Source: Tubiluchus corallicola (Eukaryota; Animalia; Priapulida). From it: a stretch of 64,000 bases of DNA. Each line of letters starts with the position of its first letter. Positions within the stretch are counted from its first letter, which is position 1. The notes beneath the pieces are model-generated. The model did no database searches. It was not told the DNA's origin and worked only from the letters and a program-made list of their open reading frames with translations. The translations under genes and the position numbers were made by a program. Positions 1-13,194 of the stretch are shown in pieces. The DNA lies in contig JAQGDQ010000053.1 in assembly GCA_030141605.1 (NCBI GenBank), positions 620,001 to 684,000 on the forward strand, written 5' to 3'.

Positions 1-435
1 TGAAGTGTCATTTAATAAGCAAAAACAGCGTGTGTAGTGAGTGTTTATCATGCTGCAATTTTAAGTAGCCCATCGCGAGGTGCCAGCGATGTCATTCTAA
101 AACTCTTGTAGGCTGTACCTCGTTACTAAATTTTTTCTACCAGCGCATGCATAGAGTGCATTGAAGTAGGTGTGGATAAAGGTCTGTTTTGAGCTCAACA
201 TTAGAAATGTCTTTACTACTGCTTTAAATGGGCTATATTATTTTTGAGATATAGTTTACTATCGATATTTCCAGAAAGGGCCTACATATCTGTTTATATT
301 TTTTGCCTTACTCACTCTTCAGTGTCGTAATCTTGAGTGTATTCTTATGTACATTCTCATGTAGTTTATTTTAGGTTTCCAACTAGAGTGTCTTGTATAC
401 AATGTAATGACAAACTTTGTTTTATGTTTCTTCAG

Positions 436-2818
436 GCACAGAAGAGAAAAGAGTATACCAATGTCACCGGAAGCTCCTGTGTCAGAAATGATTTCTTTGC
501 CACTTCATGAAAAAAAACAGCCAGAAATAAAAAGCGGTGAAGCTGTTGCTAACGATTTAGTAAAAGAGGGACCTGGTGAGGATCAAAATAAAAAAGCAGA
601 GGTAAAAACTACAGAAAAAGATTCTAAACAAAAAGAAGCAGTCGACAATGATTTATCTAAAGATGATAAAATAGGTCCTATTAATGAAAATAATGAAACG
701 GTAAAAAAGGATCGTAAAGACAGCGAGAAGGAGAAAGATAAAGAAAAGCAGCACAGAACTGATGAGGACAGAAGGGACAAAGATCGTGAAAAACGTAGGT
801 CTCCATCGGCTGATTACCGAAGCCGGCGCTACAGAGATCACAATAGGCGAAGATCTTTAACACCAGATCGGAAAAATCGGAGTCGAAGAAGAAGATCTCC
901 ATCGCCTTCTTATCGAAGAAAGTCTCCTCTTCCTCGGCGATCTCCACGTAGATCTCCTAGACCCCGTAGACCTTCACCACCTCGCCATCGTAGCCCTAGA
1001 CGTCGTAGTCCTATTCAAAGTCCACCTGCTACCCGTCACCGTAGCAGCAGTCGTCGCAGGTCTCCACCCAAGATACGACATCACAGTCCCAAACGATACT
1101 CTCCTCCACCAAGAAAAATTTCTGCTAAAGTTCCTTCCCGCCGGGATTTATCTAGCAGCAGCTCAGCTAGCTCAAGTTCGTCTAGGTCACCATCACCTGT
1201 GTCGAAGATATCACGTACTGTAAAACAACAAGCCAGCCCGTCACCTCAACGCAAACCAAAGAAACCTGCTGCAAAACCATCTTCAGCTTCCTCTGATTCT
1301 GAAGAACAAAAGGCAAAGCCTGTCTATACACGTGATGTGAAGCCTGGTTCAGTTCAAGCAAAAAGAAACTATCGCAAACAAGAAAGCAGCGAAGAGAGTG
1401 AAAGTGATTCTAGTGATAGCAGTACAGACAATGCACAAATGTATAAGCGAGATAGATCAGACTCAGCAACGCCTCCTCGTCGGCGTCCATCACCAATTCG
1501 TAAACAATCATCTCATTCTCGCAGACAGTCTCCTCCACGACGTCGCTCTCTTCCTCGCCGCCGTCCATCTCCTAGACGTGTAGAATGCCGGCTGTCACCT
1601 AAGTCAAGAAGGTCAAGGTCACCTATTAAATCTAAATCAAGAAGATCCGGGTCTTCAGACGAACTACAAAAAATGCCTGAAAAAGAAAAAAGTACTTCGC
1701 CTCGTAATAGAAAGAGACGCCTTTCCAGTGATAGATCTCCTTCCCCTGACAGACGCCGGGTTAAGAGCAATCAAATTCAAGGGACCTCAAAACCATCTGC
1801 TGCTAGGAAAAGGTCGCCATCCACAAGCTCGGAGTGTTCTTCATATGAAAGTGAAGAATTATCTCCGAAATCTAAAAAACTTGCATTACCAAAAAAGCAA
1901 AGGGTTGTTTTACCAGCCATTAAATCAAAGAAAAAAGTTTCACGCACACCTCCACAGTCTCCTGAGAGGAAAGTTAAATCGCCATCATCTTCAATGTCAC
2001 CTGTACATCGACAGTCATCTAGAAGTACTTCAAAGTCACCTAAACGTTCTAGCAAAGGAAAATCCTCTATGTCCCCGAAAAGGTCAGCGCCACTTCTCCA
2101 AAAAAAGCAACAGATTCGTTCTGAAAGTGGATCTCCTCCTAAACAGAAAAAACAGGCAAAATATAGCAGTTCAGAATCTGACTCTCCTAAACATGGTAAG
2201 GCTGTTAAAAAATATAGACTAGAAACTTCGGCTGCCCATCAAGAGCAAAATATTCGAAAACACACTCCAAAATCAGACTCTGAGTCTCCCCCTCCCTCTC
2301 CTCCACGAAAAGTAGAAAAGGTAGCTAAGAAAAGCAAATTGCTATCAAAAACACTGTCTGCTTCTCCTGAACCTATAGTAAAACATAAAGGTAAATCTTT
2401 AAATTCCATACCACCACCACCGCCCACAAGTGTCAAGCCAGAAAAAACAATAGAAAAGCCATTAAAACCAAAAAAGAAGAAAAAGAAAGTAGTTACCACC
2501 ACTGAGAGCTCTAGTGAAGGTGATAATTCCATAGAAAAGAAGAAGAAAAAGAAAAAAAAGAAGAAGAAAAAGAAACATAAAAAACACAAGCATCTCAAAG
2601 ATAAAGATGAGCAGTATGTCTTACCACCACCTGGCACAAATTTGGATGACTTGGAAAAAGCTCTCCGTGAGCGTGCATTACAATCACTGCAGAGTAAAAG
2701 TCAAGCTACAACTCTCGAAGAATTTGAAGCTCAGTTAAGGCAACGTGATGAGGAAGAGCGAATGCTTCGCGAGATGGCATTGAAAACGATGCACTCAGAA
2801 AAAGATGCTTCTCCTTAA
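436..2818 (+). CDS. SRRM1: SRRM1/SRm160-like serine/arginine repetitive matrix protein, terminal coding exon (5' exons incl. PWI domain expected upstream of window)
   Basis: Acceptor tttatgtttcttcag ends at 435 (phase 2). About 793 open codons of RS/RSP repeats, a poly-Lys/His tract (KKKKKKKHKKHKH) and the C-terminal motif NLDDLEKALRERALQSL, matching the SRRM1-family end (LDDLEKHLREKALRSM). The ORF-track ATG at 407 is intronic. Confidence 0.85.
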
Positions 2819-2913
2819 AGCCTTGCTCTTTTCTGTTCATTTTTTATTCCGTATTCCTAAGCAGCATTAGTTATTTTGATACCTGAAACTTGAAGGCCAC
2901 ATCATAATGGTTT

Positions 2914-3535
2914 AATAAATATAGCAAGCAACCGAGGAATTAATTTTGCAATAATGTTGGCACTAGTGCAGTATTTTGTTATGAAAATGTAAAACTGCTT
3001 CTATGTTAAAATAATATTCGCAGTCATAATAAATTGGAAGGAATTAAGCTAGTGAAAACTGTAATTAATACTGCTGTTATTTTTTTCATTTGCTTCCAAG
3101 TTTTTTCCAGTAGTTTCTGCAAGCTTGAAAGCTTGGAAGGATTGCTTGAAAGCTGCATATATGGAGAGTGTTACTGCAAACTCACATGATCGGTGACATT
3201 AATGTTTGATTACATTAAGGCATTGTTACACAACACTTCTGTTTTATAATTTATACAAATTTCATTACAGCATTTCACTGCACCTTTGATTTATTACTTG
3301 TACGCATAGGATTTTATGTATTCGTGTGGAATTTTTCAACCAATATATAAATATTTATGTACTGAACTTCTGAATTTTTTAGTGTTCTAGTGCAAACACT
3401 GGCAAGATGCTTAACACAGTTTGTTTTGTATGAGTAGCATTCCTAGAACGTGTTGATGTTCAAAATTTTCCTTAGTTTGTGCAGTTATTATGCATTATTA
3501 ATTATAGTGAAATGCATTTCTTCATAAAAAATAAA
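2914..3535 (+). promoter_or_regulatory. Candidate polyadenylation signals in SRRM1 3' UTR
   Basis: AATAAA at 2914, 3028 and 3530, the last followed by T/GT-rich sequence; which is used cannot be determined. Confidence 0.45.
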
Positions 3536-6410
3536 TTTGTTTGAAATTCATTTCTACTTTATTCTTAGACACTTTGCATATGTGCTTGTTTTTGTTTACA
3601 GTCATTTTAAAAACTTCATTTTCTCTTGCAGGAAACGTAAATGCACATTTACTGTTGTCTGTGTATTACACTTCCGGGCTATACAGTAATTCGTTCAAAC
3701 TGATTATTTAGGTAAGACAAAAACACAGATTCATCAGTATGATATTTTCTAACACAGACATTCTGTATGATGATAATATGCAGCTACTCTTTTATTAAAG
3801 CCCATACATCCAAGTTGAATTTATTTTTGTCTCATTTGAAATGTCAATTAGTGGTTCATGATATGGACTTTATAACAGTAGTTTCAAACCACTTACTTCC
3901 ATAAGGAAATAAACACTGGAAATGTAAAGTCGTGCTTAGTTAAGTGCGGCTTAATACAAAAGTCATTCAAATTTATCGATTACTTAGACAAATAAATGGG
4001 ATCAGGTTTGTGAAACAATAATGTACAACCCTGGGTTATCGTCCACTAGGATAATACAAACTGATGTAGATTACCCAAATCTGCATCTGTTTTGTGTCTA
4101 ATCCATCTTGGAATGTATCATTAAAAAGATTCATTATACATGGATGGGTAATGACACAAAAGAATATTATAAAGTACAGCCCTGGATTGTGAATAACTTG
4201 GGCAACACTTTGATTTTCTGTGATTTTAAAGCCTTGATAGATTTGCAGAGAGATACTGGCTGAGTGATTGGACATAGTGCACTAAGCCACTTGCAGGAGC
4301 AGTACCAATCCTGGAAGGAAACGACTACAGAACTCTGATTGAAAGACCAGTAACTACCAACAGAAAATGTTTGCTTTGCTGTCATGATGACTAGTAAGCT
4401 CCATTTGCTGCAAAGGCAATGAGTGACTTGGTATTGTCTTATGCTTATAATCCTAAGTGTATATTGCTCATGGAATACTGCAGTTGTGGTATACGTACAG
4501 GTAATGCAATTACAATGTGCTGGAATGGCATTTACATTGTGCTTAGTACTTAACAGCAAGCTGCTTACTGTAACACTTTGCTTCTGTATGGTTTGTAATT
4601 TGTCACAGATTTCTTATGTAAGGTTTAATTTATTTACGAAATTATCACTGTTTTCAGATATAAACTGTTAAAACTGACTTGAGCCAAAATACTGCTATCT
4701 ATATTTCTGATTTATGAGGTTAGCTGAATGTTCCAATGATCATGGCACATGCTGCGAAGATAGGGAATGCCAACTCAGCAAATGGCTTGTCGCTCCCAGC
4801 ATTCAATACTTGCTCTGGGTAACATTGTATGTTACTGGGTGCATACTGGGTAACAGTATGGGCTGCCATACTGATTCTGGCAGTTTAACTCATCGAGGGA
4901 GGATGTATGCCAACCAAACATGACTGATACCTCTGCTTTTTAACTACTCGTCTTAGAGGGTTAGCCTTAATAATGAGCTAGATTCTGGTCAAACAGCAAG
5001 ACTAAAGTAGGCCTTGCTGTTCAGTGCCAAATTCTGGCTTGTAAGCTACCGAAACTTTAAAAAAAAGAATGACAGAAGCTAATTGTTTTTTAGTTCGTTC
5101 AATCTGTGAAAAATAAGTGAGACTGAAGAACTGTACTTTGTTCACATTGGCTCTCTCACTTTGGTTCTACTCTTGCATCATGTAAATGTTTTCTTTTGCT
5201 TCCCGTGGTTTAGTTACCTCCGTTTAACAGTTTAAACTAATGCAACAGCCAAAGAAAAAACGGTTGCCCACAGTCTTACAGATTAAACTGGCACCAGCTT
5301 ATAACACTCTCCATCAACAGATGTGCATAATATCTTGATCAGCATTAGTGTCATCTGCTAAGTGGCATTAAAAATAATCTGACTCTAGTGACCCTAGATT
5401 ACATTGCTACTTGGGGCAAAGTCTTTGAGTTTTTTAATTAAGTTTGATGCATATTGCTGTGTTTTCAGAAGCTACATGAAAGTGAATAAAATGTTGTCAA
5501 ACAGCATAAGGCTCTTCTGTATTCCTCGCTGATCTATCTAGACTCTAGAGTTATGTATATTACTTGAAAATGTGATAACTGCCATTTTGATTTTGACATA
5601 ATTTAAAATATATTTGTTATTATGCTAAAATATATTAAAAAAGTAATGTGCACATAGCAATTGTTGGCGTACATAATAATAACTTCATCCAGTTTACCAT
5701 TGAATAGTTTTGCCAAGTCTGAAAATTCTAAATTAGTCCTTAAGACGCTAAAAAAATTCAGCATGCATATAATTGTAACAGTTATGGTAACACAGTACAA
5801 TAGCTTAATATCAAATGAAATTAAGTTATTAATGTGTTATTAACGTGAAATAAGCTAAATGGACAATAGCTACCTGTGTAACTAACCTTGGTGAGATATC
5901 TGTAAGAGAATGTCTGACACTGTCTGTCTTTCATTATGATATTCCTCTTGTGTGAACAATGTGAATTATTGGATTAGTTGTTAGGGAAGTAACTCTATTA
6001 AGTGATTTATTTCACCATTTCACTGGTCTTGTTCTTGTTCATGACATACCTTCATTGCGAGGCAAACAATACATATTCCAAATTTTAACAAAAAATTGTG
6101 TCTATGACAACAACTCATGTCATGTCTATGACAACTTATTACCATCATTTCAGGAGCAGTACGTAAAAAAGAACTACGTACTCCAAGTCTGGGGATCTTG
6201 ATATGCATGCCATCGTGCAGTGTCCATTGTCCGTTTGCAATTTGAGTATACATGAAACACTTGGAGTAGCATTGAGATTTTTAGTGTTCAGTAACTTTGG
6301 GACAAAATGACAGTCAGGTTAAAAGGACATATCCAGAACAAGTGTAAACACATACAAACCTCAGCAGCTACTCAGCAATGGTGGGCTTAGTGGTAGAATC
6401 TGAGTCATTT

Positions 6411-7320
6411 CAACACAACACTTTTGAGTTATGTGTCACCTATTGAGAACCCAACATTAACAAAAATATTTTACCCTCTCGCCAGGGGAAGGGAGGGTGG
6501 ATTGAGGATTTCAGCAATTTCAATATTAAAGTGTTATAAAGGCAGGGATTGCTCCTCAGAATGCCAGAATTAATGTAGATATTAGGCAACTAGTGACAAT
6601 TTTTGGTAATGGCCTGCGATGCTTTTGCAATTAAAGAATTTAATGCAAGGCACTAGTGTGGCCTATTAGCTAGTGACAATCTAATATTGACAAAATTATT
6701 TCAACCCCTCCCAAGGGCGGGTCCAGAATTCTAACAATTTAACTATAGTGTTGTAAAGGCAGGATTTGTCCTGCGAAGTGTCAGGTGCAGCTGTTAGGTG
6801 ATGGGTGACACCTTTCTGGCGATGGCTTGCATGATCATTCCCCAGGGGGTATCATTCCTACAGGGAGGATCCAGGATGGCGAGTACAGTTGGAAGAAATC
6901 AAGTCAGCTCAACGTGACATTTTAGTTATGTGTCAAATATTGACAATCCAAGATTGACAACAGTATTTTAAGGGAATGAAGAGTGAGCAATTTCATTTGA
7001 GTGTCATAAAGGCAAGTTTTGTCTCCCCCTCCCCCAAGATGACAACTGTTCGGCAGTGGCTTGAAATAACCTTTCCTCCCCTCTTAAGGGGGCAATGAGG
7101 ATCCAAGATGGTAGGTATAGTGGGAACATTTTTGTCGGCTCAATGTGAGGAATAGAGTGGCCAGTCACCTACTGGCAAAAATACTTTAGCCCCCTTAACC
7201 AGAGAGAATGGAACAAGGATTCTAACAATTGCAACTATAGCGTCGTAAAGGGCGGTTTTGTCCTGCAAAATGTCACGTGTAGCCGCTAGTTGATAGTAAG
7301 AACTTTGGGCTATGACGTTC
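6411..7320. repeat. Degenerate tandem array, about 4 units of 220-260 bp
   Basis: Core resembling gaattctaacaatttaactatagtgttgtaaaggcaggatttgtcctgc recurs near 6506, 6726, 6985 and 7217; ttatgtgtca..tattga and ggatcca(a/g)gatgg each recur twice. Confidence 0.75.
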
Positions 7321-8989
7321 AATGGCCCAATAGACAATCGTAGCCTATGCACGTCTATATACTAAAATCTGTCCCCTAACTGGTACTGCAAGCTAACACA
7401 GTTCCTTTGCTAATTTTTTACAGTTTTTGAATACCTAACTTGCGGTTGTATTGACTCACTAACTGACTCACATTACTGTTACCTTGAAATTAGTTGACTC
7501 ATTTACATGTATTTAAATCGTCAAGATCCTCAAGATGTCAAGCATGAGAGCCAGGGGACCTACAGCATCACTGATGCTCTGATTTAATATTGTGACGTCA
7601 CTAGCGCACTATTGCGGAAAAATTGTTGGAACTCGAAAGAAGGGCATCATCCGAAAAATAGAATGTTACTAACGTTTTGTACATTTCACAAATACGTGCA
7701 AGCAAAACGCACGTGCGTGCCTGCGCGTGTGCGGCAAGCGAGTAACCCAATGCTTGGCATTCCTGACTTGCAATTTCAAAGAATAAACAGAAACGTGCAC
7801 AGTCAACGGCTTTTATGCTGCAATAGAGAAAGTTGTCGTTCCTGATGTATTTCCAGTCCTAAGTGATCAACAGAACGTTTTATATCGAAATGAAAAAATT
7901 TGGTATATGAAAACATGATTATCATGTGACCGCACTCAGTGAGTGTTAGCCAAACTGAAGACGATTTTGAAGACTTTTGAACGCTTAATCAACTGAACGT
8001 AGGCAGTTTGATTCATACTGTTCACGCTATTACAACAATTCAAGTTTGCCGCGAAATCAGAAGCAGGAAAACATTGAGTGGTAAAATTCATCGCGTGACT
8101 GCTATTTTGATTCCGAGCAGAACATGTTGATGCTCAAAACTTCGGTCAAAGTGAAATTTTTTTATGATGTGAACCGTGAGACGACTGTGTGTGAACATGG
8201 TTTAGCCCATCACTAACGTACGCCTGATCATTAAAACACGCTCAGCATTAGTAAGAAAATGTAATTAACGTATCTTCTACATGTGATGTTAAAAGGGAAG
8301 AAACGGGAATTTTCATAGTATATCCCAAAGAACTTTCTGTACAGAGATCTTATTTATGTTAGTTTTACCTTTTTGAAAGATTTGTGTAATTGGAAAAGGA
8401 AATTTATAACTTTAAAATTATTCGTACCTCCTGGCAAAACGGGAGTGCATCGCCATTCCAGTGTGCACAAATGATTTACCAAAAAAAAACACGTTATTGA
8501 TCTTATTGACAATATAAGGTAATCTAAACTTCTGTTTGGTTACTTGGTTAGCGAAGATTGCGTTACAAATGCACTGATTTTTTTTTCAAATTTTAGACAA
8601 TTTTAAACTTGTTTCTAATGAGCCATCGTGAGAGTGGCTGCGCCTGACGATCATCACCGGAGTTTAAATTTACAAGTTTTATACAACATTACATTCTGTC
8701 GCAAGCTCTGTAGGCAATAAGACGGCAGTGACTGCCAAAGTTTTATTTAGCAGAGTGAAGAGTGTTGTCTTATGAAACTTATATGCGATTACTGTGTAGT
8801 GTAAAGTCGTGTAGGCCTCGAAATTCTTACAAAAAGTTCAAATTTAAGAAGGTAAGGAGTTGGTACGCAGCCCTTCTGTCACAGTCCATAGTAGCTCATT
8901 AGGCTGGTGGCTTAGGAATTAGGTAGGTGATTAATGAAAGCACTCTAAATTTCGTGTATTTTAGTACTTAAGCTGACCCACTGAAATAA

Positions 8990-10160
8990 TTGACTAGTTG
9001 ACCGATTAACTATCTAATTAATTAACTCTGATTTGTTGACTGGTCATTATACCGTTCATACGTTTCAATGACTCGGTGACTTCAGCGATGGCATACTGGC
9101 CAATCGAATGATTTATTGACCAACTGATTGATAGGTTAAGTCATTGGCTGTCTGTCTAGTAGATGCCAACTCACTAATACTGTACGGCCAGGGACCCGAT
9201 GAAAAAATTATTCTATTTATCAGTTTCCTGTTCTACTCACTGCAAACCAACCTTTTGTTTGCTTGTCAATTTCACTCGTTAAGGCAACTCTTCACTAGTT
9301 GGCTTAACGACTAAATGACTGACTGACTAAATTAATCACTCACTGAGTAAGTGAATAACTGAAGACGGATTGACTGTCAGAAATGACTGATTGGGCATCT
9401 CAGTTATCTATTTACTGCTCGACTAGTTTCATTGACTAACAGCTCAAGTCACTGACTTACTAACTGATTAACGCATGTGATCCATTGTCTTTGTTACTCA
9501 TTAACTGATGCCTGATTAACTTTACTGACTAGTTAATCAGCTGATACTGCATGACTGACTACTTCACTAACTTACCGAATTCAACTAATGTTCAGTTTTA
9601 CTAGTTATTTCAACTTGATAGATTTCTGAAGATATCTAGGTCTTGAAGTCTTCCATAGATTATGGATTTATAACTTCTGCGTTTATAGTATTATTACACA
9701 GTAGTAGATTATTATTTTATGAAATACCTAGGGCAGGCCGCTGGTGTACTAGTCACTATCAAAATCCGTTTATTTTGCGTCAATTTACATGACATACAAA
9801 GCAACTGTTCGTCGACTAAAATAAATTACACTTGAAGATACACATGCAACAAGCGTACGTTTGATAGAGAAAAAATGTAATTTCCTGTCTCAATTATAAA
9901 AACACCAATTTTTCGCAGTAACAGTAATCATTTAATTAGGCCAGTTAATCGGTTTGTCAGTCAGTCAACTATTCAAGTCTTTTAGTAGTTACCTAAGGGG
10001 ATGAGTCAGTGAATAGACAAGTACAACAGTTTGTCAGTTAGTTAATGAATTTGTCACACAATATAAAAATGTGACAGCCAAACATCAGTGAGTTATTTAG
10101 TTAGGCACACTTCTATACGCCAGCTTCTCAGTGAACCTGTCATACAGTCCATCAGTCAAA
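8990..10160. repeat. Degenerate (ACTG/ACTA/ATTG)n low-complexity tracts in opposite orientation
   Basis: tgactgactaa/actcactga-type 4-mers dominate about 8990-9610; complementary gtcagtcagt/tagttagtt-type 4-mers dominate about 9935-10160. Confidence 0.6.
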
Positions 10161-10589
10161 TTGTTATTCGTTCATTCTGTTATTACTCTGCCTTTAATAT
10201 CTCGTGGTCTAGGAAAATGCTTTCTGTTGTCTTAAATATATATCTGATACAGGTTTTTCTAGCGGTCTAGTTAATTTAGAAAAATTATTTCCAAGTAATC
10301 TAGTGAAAATTCACACTAGCTCCGCTTTTACTAATTTTTATCATGACGTCCTGAAACTCCAGCTGACCAGCGCGATTTTATAGACAGTATAGTTTTCCAG
10401 GTACTGAAAGGACTATTCTCGAGATGAAATGAAATTTAGCTTAATTTTAGCCTTGTGCAGATATCGGCACTCGTATACACGTGGAATCGGTAGTCAGATT
10501 AGATGACTTAGTGTCTTGAACCGATCACTCTACGCAGCCCTGGGAGCTCTAAGAATCACGACGACGAGCAACACAGAGAAGGTGATGTA

Positions 10590-10892
10590 GGAACCGAAAG
10601 TGGCCTTACGTCGATCGGTGGTTGTAAATGAAATAAACCCACGATGCTACCCAAACCGCCAAGACCCAAGAACGAGAGGGCCTTGGTTCTCTATTATTTC
10701 TCTACCGCCCTAGGAAGGGAGGGATAAAAAAATCGAAGCCTGCGGCGAAAGTTTCGTCACTGAGTCACATTCACTAAGTCCACAGTGCGGCTCAATTTAT
10801 TTCACAAAGTACGTCCGTCCGAATCCCTGCTGAGCTCGAACTGTCGACTGCACGACTTCAGGCACGCATAATACAGCGTCCACCTGCTCCGG
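10590..10892 (-). mobile_element. Probable tRNA-derived SINE (decayed)
   Basis: Minus strand begins ggagcaggtgg... with B-box-like cagttcgagctc, followed by a GC-richer body of about 300 bp; no intact cloverleaf. Confidence 0.4.
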
Positions 10893-12344
10893 TTTCATAA
10901 TGCTAAAACAGCTTCAACACGAGTCGATGTTTTGCAATATCTGGGGACGTTCTACTGCATGATGTCTGCATGGAAACTATAGTGGCTGTCATGCGGCTGT
11001 TATAAAACTAGCAAGAATCATTACATATACAATAGTAGTCATAGATTATAGCAACTATAACCACGGCCTTATTCTGCTGTCGTGAACCAGTAATATTAAT
11101 GATAAAAATGTAACCGGTTTTTATTTACGGTAGTCCGGGTTTAGCTATAACATCTAGGACTTGGTATGAAACATGCACTTACTTTTTGTCAGTGAAATGA
11201 CGTTTTCTATCGTTTTTTATACTAGCTGACTAAAACTAATCAGAAATAGAGTAATCTCCACTTCTTTAAGCATTCAAGCCCTTTTGCTACGGTACTTCAT
11301 GAAGTGTATCACAAAAAATACAAACTAGCAATTGGCATACCGACAATGAAAAACGTGAAATAATTTTTTCGTGTTTTTACGACCGAGATCTGTCTGTGAT
11401 CATGCGCATGTTTGACAATTTTTTTGTAGATAGCACAGCTTAGGGTGTTTATTAGCAGGGTGTACAATATTAGCTTAAGTTAATTGTAAGAAAGCCTTTC
11501 ACCTGAGCATGAACTGCGTGTTCTTATTGATCAAAATGTTGTCAAGCATCATTTTGTTTATGAAAGCAAGCAAAGCAACTTTCCCTGCGCAGCTCTTCGT
11601 GGAACAAAGGAGAGAAAATTACATTTTATTGCAATTTAAGCCTGTAGCAGTGTCGTTTTCACTGAAAAGAGATCCCCGAGCGAATCGCGCAGATCTTCTC
11701 CATAAAATAATAACATTGATGTCCCTGGGAGGTGACCTTATCGACAATAAGTTTTTTATCACCGTTTTCACTAACTTAATTGTCTCATTAATATTTGTGT
11801 GCGACAGTTTTCAGCCAATTAAAATAAATTGTCAAATTAATTTATAGGCGGGAACGTTCAGATACTGAATTAAATCAGTGACGGCCAGGAACAGCTATGC
11901 TGTTGCACAATACAGCTGTAGTTCTAATCAATTTCGTTATTAGTTATAATAAACGTCAGACGAACTGCTTCGTGATGAATGGAAGCTCTCATGTGCAGCA
12001 CTCTCCCTGCTTCACATACATTATCGGTTTCGTATATGTCAACACGAAAAACTATACAACACGCAGCAGGTCCTGTGAAAATCTAATGCGTGCATAAAAA
12101 TAGCAAAACGCATCTTCCCTATGACTAAAACATTGTAGTAGAACAACATCGCGCTATCAAGGTGTACGGCTTATGTGCAGAAAATGCATTCTGAAATGTG
12201 AAGCTTGCATTTTAAACCGAATTGTGTTTAATGTAACCTTTTTGCAAGGTTTGCAACCCTTTCTTTAGAGTACTTTCACTTGCTTCTTCCCGCCTTATTA
12301 CTTAGATTCGTATATTGCCTAATGTGTAATAAAAAAACAACATT

Positions 12345-12440
12345 GTGCGTGCGAGAATGAGGTGTGTGTGTCTGTGTGCGTGGGCGCGCGCGCGCGCGTG
12401 AGTGCGTGTGTACGTGTGTGAAAATGAGGGTGTGTGCGTT
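12345..12440. repeat. (GT)n/(GC)n alternating purine-pyrimidine microsatellite
   Basis: gtgtgtgtg..gcgcgcgcgcgcgcgtgagtgcgtgtgtacgtgtgtg; aatgagg precedes both GT runs. Confidence 0.85.
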
Positions 12441-13194
12441 AGTTAGTGTGTACTGACCTTCGATCGAAGTACTTGCATATCTTTACTTCACTTTATAACA
12501 ACATTAAAAATATTGCTAAGTAAGTTCAATTTTATGAAAGTTCTCAAAATTTGCATTATTCTAGATTAGGTTTTGCCGAATTTTCTGTTTTTACGCCCAC
12601 TCGTGGATGATGGTAGCGCTTGGCGGTTTTTGGCCATTACACAGAACAAATCATGTATACAGGCAAATTTTTGTTTGTTGTTTTTGTAAATACTGTAGTA
12701 CATCAAAAACGAAAATGGCCGGAAATATGTATGACATGATTCCTAAAGAAGATTCTTACGTGAACTCGTTTTTGGAATCACAGAGTATTACTGGCAGTGG
12801 CATTTATTAACGGCAACCTGTGCAACACTAACGTAATCCATTCAGATCCCAGTGTCGTGTATGTATTACTGCGGCTGCTTAACAGTAATTGCACCATAGG
12901 AAAATTATTGCTGTATACTCTCTATACATAAATAATTTCAACATTGCCATGTTGCTCTAGCAGTCTCCATGGAATGCTTCTGATGCCTGCTGGTACTTTA
13001 TCATTACAAAGCTACTGCCTGCCTGTCTGAGACAGGCTAACTCCTGATTTTTCATGTCACGTATTTTTCTTTTTGGTCTAATTTGGTTGTGGTTTCAGTC
13101 CGTCACTAACTAATGTTCTTGAATTGTAATAAAGATTGCAAGTAATTAAAACAGTTTATTGGAGGAATTTCTCGTGATTATTTACAAGTAAGGC

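Noticed and set aside
407-435. ORF-track start MTNFVLCFF for the 803-aa ORF
   Set aside because: Lies in the polypyrimidine tract of an acceptor; the ORF is a terminal exon, not a full gene.
583-2637. Antisense and alternate-frame ORFs over SRRM1
   Set aside because: Shadows of a low-complexity coding exon; no independent motifs.
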